Shown piece by piece: positions 33,471-48,456 of a stretch of 64,000 nucleotides of DNA (within the stretch, counting starts at the first letter, position 1; every line of letters starts with the position of its first letter). Origin of the DNA: Escherichia coli (GTDB lineage: Bacteria; Pseudomonadota; Gammaproteobacteria; Enterobacterales; Enterobacteriaceae); the NCBI RefSeq assembly GCF_048403405.1, contig NZ_CP183129.1. One strand, written 5' to 3'. The notes under the pieces are model-generated. The model did not search any database. It saw only the letters and a program-made list of their open reading frames with translations, and was not told where the DNA came from. The position numbers and the translations under genes were made by a program.

Positions 33471-34436
33471 TTACGCAAAATTTTCGAAGTATGCCTCCAA
33501 CGCCTCCAGCTGTTCGCTGGCATCCTCAATGGCGTTGAATGTGCGCCGAAACTGGTCATTTGGAGCGTGTTCCTGGAGATACCAGGAAACGTGTTTACGT
33601 GCAATTCGGTACCCTTTTGCCGGACCATAAAAGTCATGCAGTTCCCGAACGTGCGCGCAAAGCAAGCGCTTAACCTCTGCCAAAGGCAGCGGGGGCAGCA
33701 ACTCCCCAGTGTCCAGATAATGCTGGATTTCCCGAAAGATCCAGGGTCTTCCCTGAGCTGCGCGGCCTATCATCAGGGCATCCGCCCCTGTATAGTCGAG
33801 CACAGCTCTGGCTTTAAGCGGGTCAGTAATGTCGCCATTCGCGATAACCGGAATGGAAACTTTCTGCTTAACTGCCCGAATACTGTCGTACTCAGCTTCT
33901 CCATTGAACAAACAGGCGCGTGTACGGCCATGAATGGTCAGAGCCTGAATGCCACAGTCTTCAGCCAGTTGGGCAATCTCTTCGCAGTTACGGTGTTCCG
34001 GTGCCCAGCCGGTGCGAATCTTCAGGGTAACAGGAACGTCCACTGCATTGACGACCTCGGTAAGGATCGATTTAACGACATCCGGGTACTGCAAGAGGGC
34101 TGAACCTGCGAGCTTGCGATTCACTTTTTTAGCCGGGCAACCCATATTGATATCAATAATCTGGGCACCGCTTTCCACGTTAATACGTGCTGCATCTGCC
34201 ATTTCTTTCGGATCGCTACCAGCAATTTGCACGGTGCGAATACCGGGTTCATCAATGTGCACCATCCGTAAACGAGATTTGTCGCTTTCCCAAACCTGAG
34301 GGTTAGAAGACATCATCTCGGATACTGTCAATCCGGCTCCCATCTCGTAGCACAACGTCCGAAAAGGTCTGTCTGTAATGCCAGCCATGGGCGCTGCGAT
34401 CAGGCGATTTCTGAGCTGATATTGTCCGATGCGCAT
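33471..34436 (-). CDS. dusB: tRNA-dihydrouridine synthase B
   Basis: 321 aa; TIM-barrel Dus family; operon with fis. Confidence 0.93.
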   Translation of the reverse strand: MRIGQYQLRNRLIAAPMAGITDRPFRTLCYEMGAGLTVSEMMSSNPQVWESDKSRLRMVHIDEPGIRTVQIAGSDPKEMADAARINVESGAQIIDINMGCPAKKVNRKLAGSALLQYPDVVKSILTEVVNAVDVPVTLKIRTGWAPEHRNCEEIAQLAEDCGIQALTIHGRTRACLFNGEAEYDSIRAVKQKVSIPVIANGDITDPLKARAVLDYTGADALMIGRAAQGRPWIFREIQHYLDTGELLPPLPLAEVKRLLCAHVRELHDFYGPAKGYRIARKHVSWYLQEHAPNDQFRRTFNAIEDASEQLEALEAYFENFA

Positions 34437-34763
34437 GAGTTAAGAAATGACCATACTGTGACTGCAAGGCGGCGTATATTACGCATTTTTTGCACGAGAT
34501 GAAAGGCCAAACTTTGACCAATCCTCTGAGATGGATCAAAGAATTGCATTTAAAATGAGCGTGGCGCGATAATTACTCATAAAAATCATCATATTAGAAA
34601 ATGTTGACTAAAATTTACACTCCAAGAAATTTGAGTAAGTTCTCAATTTTTCTTTATGAATGAAAATTTTGGCACGCAAATTTGCGTAAATAATCAGCAA
34701 ATTTACGTGCCTTTTGTGAGCTTGCTCGCACTTCGGCTTGGTCACCTTACGGTGATGCGAAGG

Positions 34764-35645
34764 TTAATTCTTACGACCGGTAATGCGGCACCACTCTTCT
34801 TTTTCCACGACCGGGTCCAGTGCGAAGCTGTCGGCATAAGCTTCGCAAACGCTCTCTGCCTGGCTTGCCAGAATACCGGAAAGGCCCAGCAAACCGCCTG
34901 AAACCGGCAGGACGCTGATTAACGGTGCCAGTTCACGTAATGGGCCTGCAAGGATGTTAGCGACCACCACGTCGGCTTTCATTTCTTCTGGCTGATCTTT
35001 CGGTAAGTAGAGTTCCAGACGGTCAGAGACGCCATTACGTTCCGCGTTGTCGCGGCTGGCCTGAATCGCCTGCGGATCGATATCAATACCAATGGCTTTT
35101 GCTGCACCCAGTTTCAGCGCCGCGATAGCCAGAATGCCGGAACCACAGCCAAAGTCGATGACTGTTTTACCGGTTAAATCGAGGCTGTCGAGCCATTGCA
35201 GGCACAGAGAGGTAGTTGGATGGGTACCCGTACCAAACGCCAGCCCTGGGTCTAACATTACGTTGACGGCGTTTTCGTCCGGCACATCACGCCAGCTTGG
35301 GCAGATCCACAGTCGTTCACCAAAGCGCATCGGGTGGAAATTATCCATCCATTCGCGCTCCCAGTCTTTATCTTCCAGTTGTTCGATTTTATGCGCGAAG
35401 ACTGCGCCGAGCAGCGGATGGTTTTCCAGAATCGCCACCACGTCGTTCATATCGGTTTCAGCGTCGAACAGACCAATCACATCGGTGTCGCCCCACAGGC
35501 GCGTTTCGCCCGGCAGCGGCTCAAACACAGGCGTATCGTGGGTATCCTGAAAAGTGATAGAAACGGCACCCGCTTCCATCAGCGCATCGCTAAGATCTTC
35601 CGCGTTCGCGCCGGTGGTGTTCAGTTTCAGTTGGATCCAAGGCAT
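34764..35645 (-). CDS. prmA: Ribosomal protein L11 methyltransferase
   Basis: 293 aa; SAM-binding motif [20 protein letters not shown]. Confidence 0.93.
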   Translation of the reverse strand: MPWIQLKLNTTGANAEDLSDALMEAGAVSITFQDTHDTPVFEPLPGETRLWGDTDVIGLFDAETDMNDVVAILENHPLLGAVFAHKIEQLEDKDWEREWMDNFHPMRFGERLWICPSWRDVPDENAVNVMLDPGLAFGTGTHPTTSLCLQWLDSLDLTGKTVIDFGCGSGILAIAALKLGAAKAIGIDIDPQAIQASRDNAERNGVSDRLELYLPKDQPEEMKADVVVANILAGPLRELAPLISVLPVSGGLLGLSGILASQAESVCEAYADSFALDPVVEKEEWCRITGRKN

Positions 35646-35656
35646 GGCAAAACTCT

Positions 35657-37108
35657 TTATTTATCAGTAGTCAAAACGGTAGCTTGCGGGACGGATGTAC
35701 CGAAACGGTTTCCGACCAGGAAAGCCAGCAAACTTAGTAGTAACGAGGGCACGATAGGGTGGAAGCCCAGGTACTGAATATTCAGCGTCGCGAGTACGGC
35801 ATACAGCACGCCGCCAACGATCATCGCACTTAGCGCGCCTTTGGCGTTGGCGCGTTCCCAGTAAAGACCCAGCACCAGCGGCCACAGGAAAACGGCTTCC
35901 AGCCCACCGAAGGCCAGCAAATTCAGCCAGATGATCATTTCTGGCGGCTTCCAGGCGGCAAGCAGCAGCAACGCACCGAGAACTAACGTAATTACCGCCG
36001 ACATCCGCTTCAGACGCGTCTCGTTTTGCATTTGATCCGGACGGATATTCAAATAGAGATCTTTAATGATCGTAGCGGAACTTTGCAGCAACTGGGCATT
36101 GATCGTCGACATGATCGCAGCCATAGGTGCAGCCAGGAAGATCCCGGCAGCAAACGGTGGCAACACTTTTACCATTAACGTCGGGATCACCAGGTCCGGT
36201 ACGGTGAGATCGGGGATCACCGCCCGACCTAACGCTCCGGCCAGGTGCATACCGAACATCAGGATTGCGACCACAATCGTACCGATGATGATCCCCCGAT
36301 GTACGGCTTTGCTGTCTTTATAAGAGATACAGCGCACCGCAGTATGCGGCAGGCCAATCACGCCAAAACACACCAGCACCCAGAACGACGTCATAAACGC
36401 AGGCGACAGAATATCGTCAGCGCCTTGTGGCGTAACCAGTTGCGGATCGATGGTTTGCAGCGTCTCTACCGCATTGCTTAAGCCGCCAGCAGCATGGACC
36501 ACGCCAATAAGCAGCACAATGGTGCCAATCAGCATCACCAGCCCTTGCATGGTGTCGTTCAGCACGCTGGCGCGAAAGCCACCAAAGGCGGTGTAGAGCG
36601 CAATGCTGATGCCAAAAATCAGCAAACCTGTTTCATAAGGAATACCCGCCGCAGTTTCCAGCAGGCGCGCACCGCCGATAAACTGCACGGCCATCGCACC
36701 AACGAACGCAACCAGCAAACTCAAACTCGCCAGCCACACCAGCAGACGACTCTGGTAGCGGGCAAATAGCATATCGTTCAGCGTCACCGCATTGTAGCGG
36801 CGCGCAAGAATCGCGAACTTCTTGCCGAGAATACCGAGCGAAAGCCAGACCGCAGGAAGCTGAATCATCGCCAGCAATACCCAACCCAGGCCGTATTTAT
36901 AAGCAGCGCCAGGCCCGCCGATAAACGAACTGGCACTGATATAGGTCGCGGTGAGCGTCATCGCTAGCACAATACCGCCCATAGAGCGGCTACCGAGGAA
37001 ATACTCATTAAGGAAGGTGCCGGTGCTCCGTTTACGCATCGCATAAACAGAGATACCGAACACCACCACCAGATAGGCGACCAGCGGTAGAATCACTTCA
37101 AGCTGCAT
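35657..37108 (-). CDS. panF: Sodium/pantothenate symporter
   Basis: 483 aa from [13 protein letters not shown]; multi-TM SSS-family transporter. Confidence 0.92.
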   Translation of the reverse strand: MQLEVILPLVAYLVVVFGISVYAMRKRSTGTFLNEYFLGSRSMGGIVLAMTLTATYISASSFIGGPGAAYKYGLGWVLLAMIQLPAVWLSLGILGKKFAILARRYNAVTLNDMLFARYQSRLLVWLASLSLLVAFVGAMAVQFIGGARLLETAAGIPYETGLLIFGISIALYTAFGGFRASVLNDTMQGLVMLIGTIVLLIGVVHAAGGLSNAVETLQTIDPQLVTPQGADDILSPAFMTSFWVLVCFGVIGLPHTAVRCISYKDSKAVHRGIIIGTIVVAILMFGMHLAGALGRAVIPDLTVPDLVIPTLMVKVLPPFAAGIFLAAPMAAIMSTINAQLLQSSATIIKDLYLNIRPDQMQNETRLKRMSAVITLVLGALLLLAAWKPPEMIIWLNLLAFGGLEAVFLWPLVLGLYWERANAKGALSAMIVGGVLYAVLATLNIQYLGFHPIVPSLLLSLLAFLVGNRFGTSVPQATVLTTDK

Positions 37109-37340
37109 CGTCATCCTCCAGTGGGATATCGCGATAGATAAATTTCACCATCGCCCAGCACAGTCCAATAAACAGCAGCGGCGTCAGGATGCAGGCCATC
37201 TCAAACCAGCGCGGAAAGCCGGTAAAACCGGGGGCAACGCCAGGTAAGTAAGCGGCTACTAACCATACCGCCAGATACAAAAGGGTCAGCCCCAGCGCCC
37301 AGCGCGCCTCTTTATGGGCCTGAACAAAACGAGTGTCCAT
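37098..37340 (-). CDS. yhdT: Small membrane protein co-transcribed with panF
   Basis: 80 aa, two hydrophobic segments; overlaps the panF start. Confidence 0.8.
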   Translation of the reverse strand: MDTRFVQAHKEARWALGLTLLYLAVWLVAAYLPGVAPGFTGFPRWFEMACILTPLLFIGLCWAMVKFIYRDIPLEDDDAA

Positions 37341-37448
37341 TTTTTGTCCCTGATGGGTGAAGAAAGCGGGGATTGTACCTTATGGGGGTTGTCGATCCCC
37401 AGTAATAAAAAAGGCCGGAAAATCCGGCCTTTTGACGCTTTTGCAGTC

Positions 37449-38798
37449 TTATTTTTCCTGAAGACCGAGTTTTTTCTCCAGATAGTGGATATTAGTACCA
37501 CCATGCTGGAAGTTCTCGTCATTCATGATGCGGATCTGTAGATCAACGTTGGTTTTGATACCGTCGATGATCAGCTCCTGCAGCGCATTCTTCATGCGGG
37601 CAATCGCCACGTCACGGTTTTCACCGTAGCAAATCAGCTTACCGATCATTGAGTCATAGTACGGCGGTACGGTGTAGCCCGCGTAGATATGAGACTCCCA
37701 ACGTACGCCAAAACCGCCAGGTGCGTGGAAACGGGTAATTTTGCCCGGACTTGGCAGGAAGGTGTTCGGATCTTCGGCGTTGATACGACATTCCACCGCA
37801 TGGCCGCGAACGTGAACTTCTTCTTGCTTGATCGACAGCGGTTGACCAGCAGCGATACGCAGCTGTTCTTTGATCAGGTCAACGCCGGTGATCATTTCAG
37901 TAACCGGGTGTTCTACCTGAATACGGGTGTTCATTTCGATGAAATAGAACTCGCCGTTTTCGAACAGGAACTCGAAAGTACCCGCACCGCGATAGCCGAT
38001 ATCAATACATGCTTTAGCGCAACGTTCGCCGATGTAGCGACGCAGTTCCGGGGTAATGCCTGGTGCTGGTGCTTCTTCGACCACTTTCTGGTGGCGGCGC
38101 TGCATGGAGCAGTCACGTTCCGCCAGATAGATAGCGTTGCCCTGACCGTCAGCCAGTACCTGAATCTCGACGTGGCGAGGATTTTCCAGGTATTTCTCCA
38201 TGTAAACCATATCGTTGCTGAAAGCAGCTTTCGCTTCCGCACGGGTCATGGAGATGGATTGTGCCAGTTCAGCGTCGCCGCGCACTACGCGCATACCGCG
38301 ACCGCCGCCGCCGCCGGAGGCTTTGATAATCACCGGATAACCAATGCGTTTAGCAATGGCGCGGTTTTTATCCATATCGTCGCCCAGCGGGCCGTCAGAA
38401 CCCGGTACGCAAGGAACACCCGCTTTTTTCATCGCCGCGATTGCGGATACTTTGTCGCCCATCAGGCGAATGGTTTCTGCTTTCGGGCCGATGAAGATAA
38501 AGCCGGAGCGTTCAACCTGCTCGGCAAAATTGGCGTTCTCGGAGAGGAAGCCGTAACCCGGATGGATTGCTACTGCGCCGGTGATTTCAGCGGCGCTGAT
38601 GATTGCCGGGATGTTCAGATAACTTTTTACTGACGGAGCAGGGCCGATACAGACCGTTTCATCTGCCAGTAATACGTGTTTTAGATCGCGATCCGCGCTG
38701 GAGTGCACAGCGACAGTCTTGATGCCCAGTTCTTTACAGGCACGAAGAATACGCAATGCAATCTCGCCGCGGTTGGCAATAACAATTTTATCCAGCAT
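37449..38798 (-). CDS. accC: Biotin carboxylase subunit of acetyl-CoA carboxylase
   Basis: 449 aa from [33 protein letters not shown]. Confidence 0.96.
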   Translation of the reverse strand: MLDKIVIANRGEIALRILRACKELGIKTVAVHSSADRDLKHVLLADETVCIGPAPSVKSYLNIPAIISAAEITGAVAIHPGYGFLSENANFAEQVERSGFIFIGPKAETIRLMGDKVSAIAAMKKAGVPCVPGSDGPLGDDMDKNRAIAKRIGYPVIIKASGGGGGRGMRVVRGDAELAQSISMTRAEAKAAFSNDMVYMEKYLENPRHVEIQVLADGQGNAIYLAERDCSMQRRHQKVVEEAPAPGITPELRRYIGERCAKACIDIGYRGAGTFEFLFENGEFYFIEMNTRIQVEHPVTEMITGVDLIKEQLRIAAGQPLSIKQEEVHVRGHAVECRINAEDPNTFLPSPGKITRFHAPGGFGVRWESHIYAGYTVPPYYDSMIGKLICYGENRDVAIARMKNALQELIIDGIKTNVDLQIRIMNDENFQHGGTNIHYLEKKLGLQEK

Positions 38799-38808
38799 GT
38801 TCGCCTCG

Positions 38809-39279
38809 TTACTCGATGACGACCAGCGGCTCGTCAAATTCTACCGGTTGTCCACTTTCGACCAGAATTGCTTTCACGGTACCGGATTTGTCCGCTTCGA
38901 TCTGGTTCATCATTTTCATGGCTTCAACGATGCACAGGGTATCGCCCACGTTGACTTTCTGACCCACTTCGATGAACGCTTTCGCGTCCGGGCTTGGGGT
39001 GCGGTAGAAAGTACCAACCATCGGGGAACGTACGATGTGACCACTGATTTCCGCTGCTGCTGGCGCTTCCATGGAAGGAACGGTCGCCGGAGCGGCTGCG
39101 TTAGATTGAGCTGGCTGCTGCATCATTGGTGCAGCGTAAGCTTGTTGCATCACAGGGAAACTTGCGGCAGGAGCTGCACGGCTGATGCGTACTGACTCTT
39201 CGCCTTCGGAGATTTCCAGTTCGGAGATGCCTGATTCTTCAACCAGCTCGATCAGTTTTTTAATCTTACGAATATCCAT
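38809..39279 (-). CDS. accB: Biotin carboxyl carrier protein
   Basis: 156 aa; biotinylation motif [10 protein letters not shown]; Pro/Ala-rich linker. Confidence 0.96.
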
Positions 39280-40256
39280 GAGTGGGTTCCGTACTCTTTG
39301 TTTAGTGTGATTGTGACAGGCGTTTCACCGCCGTCTGTAAAGCGTATGCCCCGACAGCTGTATGCATAGCGATAAATTCCAGCAGGCCGGGACGCCGGTC
39401 TATTTTGCCCCAGAGTGTCAATGTTAGACTTGACGGACATTGTGCAGCGATCTGCTGCTATCCTCCGGCAAAAAACAAAATATACCTTCGTTGCGCCAAT
39501 GTCACCTTTTCCGCAGCGCAAAAACTGCGTCAGGGAGGACGAGGTCGCACATTATAACGATTTCGTAGCAATTGGCAGCTAAATACTGGTCTTATCAGGG
39601 AAGATAATCAACAGCTAACATGTAAATAACCTTCAACACCGTGTAATTTGCAACAAGCCGCACAATTCACGAAATTAGCGCCATCATCGACGGAACTTCT
39701 TATAACGTAAGGCTAAAAGCTGTAAAGCCAGCCCTGCGAAGATGAGGGGCTGTAATGAGATAATCTTCACAGACCACAAATAATGTAGGGATGCCAGGAT
39801 CGCGACAAGATAGACGACATTACGCAGCGGTTGCTGAGGATTACGCAATTTTCACTGTATCGTCTGGATAGATGTGAATGCTAAAGCACGCAAAATCAAC
39901 CGTCTGACAATGCTCAGCATCAAATACGTTCGAGTGGTTAATTTGTAGGCAAATAAAATCAGATTATTCACCCCATGGTACCAGAAATCAGTAACAGGTT
40001 AAGCGTAGCGTCGCCCAGGCAAAGCACCATAAACCTAACAGGCGACGGAGGCGTATCAATAATGGCTGTTTAGTGGAGTAACAGTGCGCATCAATTTATG
40101 GTCAGTCGAAATCATGACGTTCCAGTTTGGATGATGTTGTACAACTTCATGACCAAGATGTTCGACGAAAGCTGTCCGGCTAACCGCTTTTCCCGTTAAC
40201 CGATTGAATAATGATTTCAAAATGAGTTCCCTCTCTTATTAATCCTTGCTAAATGG

Positions 40257-41231
40257 TTAGTTAACCTTCACCAGCGTGCGACCCTGGATCTGGTTATTAA
40301 TGATGGCCTCGGCAAACTTCGGTGCCTCTGCCAGAGATATCTCTTGTGCCGCCTGGGTATAGAATGATTCCGGTAAATCGGCGACCAATCGCTGCCAGGC
40401 TTGTGCGCGGCGTGTTGGTGGCGTCATCACTGAATCCACCCCCTGTAAACGGACATTACGCAGAATAAATGGCATGACCGTGGTCGGCAGAGTGAAACCA
40501 CCCGCCAGACCACAGGCCGCCACGCAGCCGCCGTAATTCATTTGCGCCAGCACTTTTGCCAGCACTTTGTCGCCAACGGTGTCAATTGCCCCAGCCCAGA
40601 CTTGTTTTTCCAGAGGACGGGATTCGGCAAACTCATCGCGAGGGAGAATACGGCTGGCTCCTAAACTTTTCAGATATTCATGGGTACTTTCGCGACCAGA
40701 AACGGCAACGACCTGATAACCCAACTTATGCAGCAGCGCCACGGCGGTACTGCCGACGCCACCACTGGCACCCGTCACGACAATCTCCCCATCCTGCGGG
40801 CGAACACCGGCATCTTCCAGCGCCATCACACACAGCATGGCGGTAAAACCGGCAGTACCGATAATCATTGCTTTACGCGCGTCCAGCCCTTGCGGCATGG
40901 CAACCAGCCAGTCACCTTTCACTCGCGCCTGCTCCGCCAGCCCCCCCCAGTGGTTTTCACCAACGCCCCAGCCAGTGAGTAACACCTCCTGACCGGCATG
41001 AAAACGCGGATCTTCGCTGGTGCGTACAGTTCCGGCAAAATCGATCCCAGGAATCATCGGAAAATTACGGATGATTTTTCCCTTACCGGTAATTGCCAGC
41101 GCATCTTTGTAGTTCAGGCTCGACCAATGAACATCAACCGTGACATCGCCCTCCGGCAGGCAACTTTCGTCCAGAGTCTTTACCGATGCGAGAGTTTTGC
41201 CGTCCTGCTGTTCTAAAAGTAACGCCTGCAT
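40257..41231 (-). CDS. yhdH: Acrylyl-CoA reductase / zinc-type quinone oxidoreductase family protein
   Basis: 324 aa MDR-family dehydrogenase; synteny. Confidence 0.88.
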   Translation of the reverse strand: MQALLLEQQDGKTLASVKTLDESCLPEGDVTVDVHWSSLNYKDALAITGKGKIIRNFPMIPGIDFAGTVRTSEDPRFHAGQEVLLTGWGVGENHWGGLAEQARVKGDWLVAMPQGLDARKAMIIGTAGFTAMLCVMALEDAGVRPQDGEIVVTGASGGVGSTAVALLHKLGYQVVAVSGRESTHEYLKSLGASRILPRDEFAESRPLEKQVWAGAIDTVGDKVLAKVLAQMNYGGCVAACGLAGGFTLPTTVMPFILRNVRLQGVDSVMTPPTRRAQAWQRLVADLPESFYTQAAQEISLAEAPKFAEAIINNQIQGRTLVKVN

Positions 41232-41382
41232 AAGTGGTCCTCATGTGCATGATGGATTGGAAAATAATTTCTGAAGACTATACTCGCTAATGGAAAAGCA
41301 AAGCCGATGAAGCGCAATAAATTGCGAGATAAATCTGATTTGCTAGTATGCCCGCTTCCTCACTATCGGAGTTAACACAAGG

Positions 41383-43323
41383 ATGAGATTAACGACGAAA
41401 TTTTCGGCCTTTGTTACGCTGCTCACCGGGTTAACAATTTTTGTGACTTTGCTGGGCTGTTCGCTAAGTTTCTACAACGCCATTCAGTATAAGTTTAGTC
41501 ATCGCGTTCAGGCGGTGGCGACGGCGATTGATACCCACCTTGTGTCGAATGACTTCAGCGCATTAAGGCCACAAATTACCGAATTAATGATGTCAGCAGA
41601 TATCGTTCGTGTAGACCTGCTGCATGGTGATAAACAGGTTTATACCCTCGCCAGAAATGGTAGTTATCGTCCGGTTGGCACCAGCGATCTGTTTCGCGAA
41701 CTGAGCGTTCCGTTGATAAAGCATCCGGGGATGTCGCTGCGTCTGGTTTATCAGGATCCGATGGGCAACTATTTCCATTCGTTGATGACCACCGCGCCGC
41801 TCACGGGGGCGATTGGCTTTATCATTCTTATGCTCTTCCTGGCGGTACGCTGGTTACAACGGCAACTTGCCGGGCAAGAATTGCTGGAAACCCGGGCTAC
41901 TCGTATCTTAAACGGTGAGCGTGGCTCTAATGTGTTGGGAACCATCTATGAATGGCCGCCCAGAACCAGCAGTGCGCTGGATACGCTGCTTCGTGAAATT
42001 CAGAACGCACGCGAACAACACAGCCGTCTTGATACGCTGATCCGCTCTTATGCCGCCCAGGACATGAAAACCGGCCTCAATAACCGACTCTTTTTCGATA
42101 ATCAGTTAGCAACGTTACTGGAAGATCAAGAGAAAGTAGGTACCCACGGGATCGTGATGATGATTCGTCTGCCGGATTTCAATATGTTGAGTGATACCTG
42201 GGGGCACAGCCAGGTTGAAGAACAGTTCTTCTCTCTGACGAATCTGCTATCGACATTTATGATGCGCTACCCTGGCGCACTGCTGGCGCGTTACCACCGC
42301 AGTGATTTTGCTGTGCTGTTACCGCACCGGACGTTAAAAGAGGCAGAGAGCATCGCCGGTCAGTTAATCAAAGCCGTCGATACCTTGCCGAACAATAAAA
42401 TGCTCGATCGCGACGATATGATCCACATTGGTATCTGCGCCTGGCGTAGTGGTCAGGATACCGAGCAGGTAATGGAACATGCAGAGTCTGCCACGCGTAA
42501 TGCGGGATTGCAGGGCGGCAATAGCTGGGCTATTTACGATGACTCGTTGCCTGAAAAAGGACGCGGTAATGTTCGCTGGCGTACGCTTATCGAGCAAATG
42601 CTGAGTCGCGGCGGCCCGCGCCTTTATCAAAAACCGGCGGTTACTCGCGAAGGTCAGGTTCATCATCGCGAACTCATGTGCCGCATCTTCGATGGTAACG
42701 AAGAGGTTAGCTCGGCGGAGTATATGCCGATGGTCTTGCAGTTTGGCTTATCGGAAGAGTATGACCGCCTGCAAATCAGCCGTCTTATTCCACTATTGCG
42801 TTACTGGCCTGAGGAAAATCTGGCGATTCAGGTTACCGTTGAGTCGCTGATTCGCCCGCGTTTTCAGCGTTGGCTGCGCGATACGTTAATGCAATGTGAA
42901 AGATCGCAACGAAAACGCATAATTATTGAACTTGCAGAGGCCGATGTAGGTCAACATATCAGTCGTTTACAACCTGTTATTCGTTTAGTGAATGCTTTAG
43001 GGGTACGGGTAGCCGTCAACCAGGCTGGTTTGACGCTGGTAAGCACCAGTTGGATCAAAGAACTTAATGTTGAGTTACTCAAGCTCCATCCGGGGCTGGT
43101 CAGAAACATTGAGAAGCGAACGGAGAACCAGCTGCTGGTTCAAAGCCTGGTGGAAGCCTGCTCCGGGACCAGCACCCAGGTTTACGCCACCGGCGTGCGT
43201 TCGCGAAGCGAGTGGCAGACCCTGATTCAGCGCGGTGTTACAGGTGGGCAAGGGGATTTTTTCGCGTCCTCACAGCCACTTGATACTAACGTGAAAAAAT
43301 ATTCACAAAGATACTCGGTTTAA
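41383..43323 (+). CDS. csrD: GGDEF-EAL domain regulator of CsrB/CsrC RNA decay
   Basis: 646 aa; N-terminal TM segments followed by degenerate GGDEF and EAL domains; synteny upstream of mreB. Confidence 0.9.
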   Translation: MRLTTKFSAFVTLLTGLTIFVTLLGCSLSFYNAIQYKFSHRVQAVATAIDTHLVSNDFSALRPQITELMMSADIVRVDLLHGDKQVYTLARNGSYRPVGTSDLFRELSVPLIKHPGMSLRLVYQDPMGNYFHSLMTTAPLTGAIGFIILMLFLAVRWLQRQLAGQELLETRATRILNGERGSNVLGTIYEWPPRTSSALDTLLREIQNAREQHSRLDTLIRSYAAQDMKTGLNNRLFFDNQLATLLEDQEKVGTHGIVMMIRLPDFNMLSDTWGHSQVEEQFFSLTNLLSTFMMRYPGALLARYHRSDFAVLLPHRTLKEAESIAGQLIKAVDTLPNNKMLDRDDMIHIGICAWRSGQDTEQVMEHAESATRNAGLQGGNSWAIYDDSLPEKGRGNVRWRTLIEQMLSRGGPRLYQKPAVTREGQVHHRELMCRIFDGNEEVSSAEYMPMVLQFGLSEEYDRLQISRLIPLLRYWPEENLAIQVTVESLIRPRFQRWLRDTLMQCERSQRKRIIIELAEADVGQHISRLQPVIRLVNALGVRVAVNQAGLTLVSTSWIKELNVELLKLHPGLVRNIEKRTENQLLVQSLVEACSGTSTQVYATGVRSRSEWQTLIQRGVTGGQGDFFASSQPLDTNVKKYSQRYSV

Positions 43324-43501
43324 CCTGCCGTTTAATCCGTTTTCACGTAGAATAACGCGCGCTGCGTCTCATGGGAGTGTGCTTGTCTGCTCGCCAGATT
43401 GTTGCAGCACATATGCAGATGAATGACCTTACGCGGTTGCAAACAGGCGAGGAATGCTGCTGATGCATTAAGCCTTTCTGGACTCAGGCAGAGATTTGTA
43501 A

Positions 43502-44671
<1,170 letters not shown>

Positions 44672-44736
44672 TCGGATGCAGGCAGGGGAAATGTCTGTTT
44701 ACCCTGCCTGGTCTGATACGAGAATACGCATAACTT

Positions 44737-46328
<1,592 letters not shown>

Positions 46329-46336
46329 AGGTTTCT

Positions 46337-46930
46337 ATGACTTCTCTGTATTTAGCTTCCGGTTCTCCGCGTCGTCAGGAGTTACTTGCGCAACTTGGCG
46401 TAACCTTTGAACGTATTGTTACGGGCATTGAGGAGCAGCGTCAGCCGCAGGAGAGCGCGCAGCAGTATGTTGTGCGTCTGGCGCGCGAGAAAGCACAGGC
46501 GGGTGTCGCGCAAACGGCGCAGGATCTCCCGGTGCTGGGTGCGGATACTATCGTTATCCTGAACGGAGAAGTGCTGGAGAAACCGCGCGACGCAGAGCAT
46601 GCGGTGCAGATGTTGCGCAAATTATCGGGTCAGACCCATCAGGTAATGACGGCAGTGGCGTTGGCTGACAGCCAGCACATTCTCGATTGCCTGGTGGTCA
46701 CCGATGTGACTTTCAGAACGTTAACAGACGAAGACATCGCGGGCTATGTCGCCAGCGGTGAACCGTTAGATAAAGCAGGTGCATACGGTATTCAGGGGCT
46801 GGGTGGCTGTTTTGTCAGGAAGATAAATGGCAGCTATCACGCCGTAGTCGGCTTACCGCTGGTTGAAACGTATGAATTATTAAGTAATTTTAACGCACTG
46901 CGTGAGAAAAGGGATAAACATGACGGCTGA
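46337..46930 (+). CDS. yhdE: Maf-family nucleotide pyrophosphatase
   Basis: 197 aa [22 protein letters not shown]... Maf signature. Confidence 0.93.
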   Translation: MTSLYLASGSPRRQELLAQLGVTFERIVTGIEEQRQPQESAQQYVVRLAREKAQAGVAQTAQDLPVLGADTIVILNGEVLEKPRDAEHAVQMLRKLSGQTHQVMTAVALADSQHILDCLVVTDVTFRTLTDEDIAGYVASGEPLDKAGAYGIQGLGGCFVRKINGSYHAVVGLPLVETYELLSNFNALREKRDKHDG

Positions 46931-48389
46931 ATTGTTGGTAAACGTAACGCCTTCGGAAACGCGAGTGGCGTATATTGATGGCGGTATTCTGCAGGAAATT
47001 CATATTGAACGTGAGGCGCGACGCGGAATAGTAGGCAATATCTACAAGGGTCGTGTAAGTCGTGTACTTCCGGGTATGCAGGCGGCTTTTGTAGATATTG
47101 GGCTGGATAAAGCCGCGTTTCTTCATGCATCTGACATCATGCCGCACACCGAATGTGTGGCGGGTGAAGAACAAAAGCAATTCACGGTGCGCGACATCTC
47201 GGAGCTGGTCCGTCAGGGGCAAGATCTGATGGTGCAGGTGGTGAAAGATCCACTTGGCACTAAGGGTGCGCGCCTGACCACGGATATCACGCTGCCTTCT
47301 CGCTATTTGGTATTTATGCCAGGGGCTTCTCACGTTGGGGTTTCCCAACGAATTGAAAGCGAATCAGAACGTGAACGCCTGAAAAAAGTGGTCGCAGAGT
47401 ATTGCGACGAGCAGGGCGGGTTTATCATCCGTACCGCAGCGGAAGGGGTTGGCGAGGCTGAACTGGCCTCCGATGCCGCTTATCTGAAACGCGTCTGGAC
47501 CAAAGTTATGGAGCGTAAAAAGCGCCCGCAGACTCGTTATCAGCTGTACGGCGAACTGGCGCTGGCGCAGCGTGTTCTGCGTGATTTCGCCGACGCCGAA
47601 CTCGACCGCATTCGCGTTGACTCACGCCTGACTTACGAAGCATTGCTGGAGTTTACCTCGGAGTACATTCCCGAGATGACCAGCAAGCTGGAGCATTACA
47701 CCGGACGCCAGCCGATTTTCGATCTCTTTGATGTCGAAAACGAAATTCAGCGAGCGCTGGAACGCAAAGTAGAACTGAAATCCGGTGGCTATCTGATTAT
47801 CGACCAGACCGAAGCGATGACCACCGTAGACATCAATACCGGGGCGTTTGTCGGTCATCGCAATCTGGACGACACCATTTTCAATACCAATATTGAAGCG
47901 ACGCAGGCTATCGCTCGCCAGTTACGGTTGCGTAATCTGGGCGGGATTATCATTATTGATTTCATCGATATGAATAATGAAGATCACCGCCGCCGCGTGC
48001 TGCACTCGCTGGAGCAGGCGTTGAGCAAAGACCGGGTGAAAACCAGCGTTAATGGTTTTTCGGCGCTGGGGCTGGTGGAGATGACGCGTAAACGCACCCG
48101 CGAAAGCATTGAGCACGTACTATGTAACGAATGCCCAACCTGCCACGGTCGCGGAACGGTGAAAACCGTGGAAACGGTATGCTATGAAATCATGCGCGAG
48201 ATTGTTCGTGTACACCATGCTTATGATTCCGACCGTTTCCTGGTCTATGCTTCTCCGGCAGTAGCTGAAGCCTTGAAAGGCGAAGAGTCACACTCGCTGG
48301 CGGAAGTGGAAATTTTCGTTGGCAAACAGGTTAAAGTACAAATTGAACCGCTCTATAACCAGGAGCAGTTTGACGTCGTAATGATGTAA
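46920..48389 (+). CDS. rng: Ribonuclease G
   Basis: 489 aa from [30 protein letters not shown]; S1 domain and RNase E/G catalytic core. Confidence 0.95.
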
Positions 48390-48456
48390 ACAGATGCTGG
48401 GCCGCCATCCGGCAAAGGGTTTTTGAGTCACATTTTTAGCAGACAAGGAGTGACGG

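Noticed and set aside
39280-40256. Roughly 1 kb accB-yhdH intergenic region examined for hidden genes or mobile DNA
   Set aside because: Only very short ORFs (22 aa or less) and no repeats or recombinase genes; consistent with a long accBC promoter/leader region, though I cannot exclude a small RNA or micro-protein
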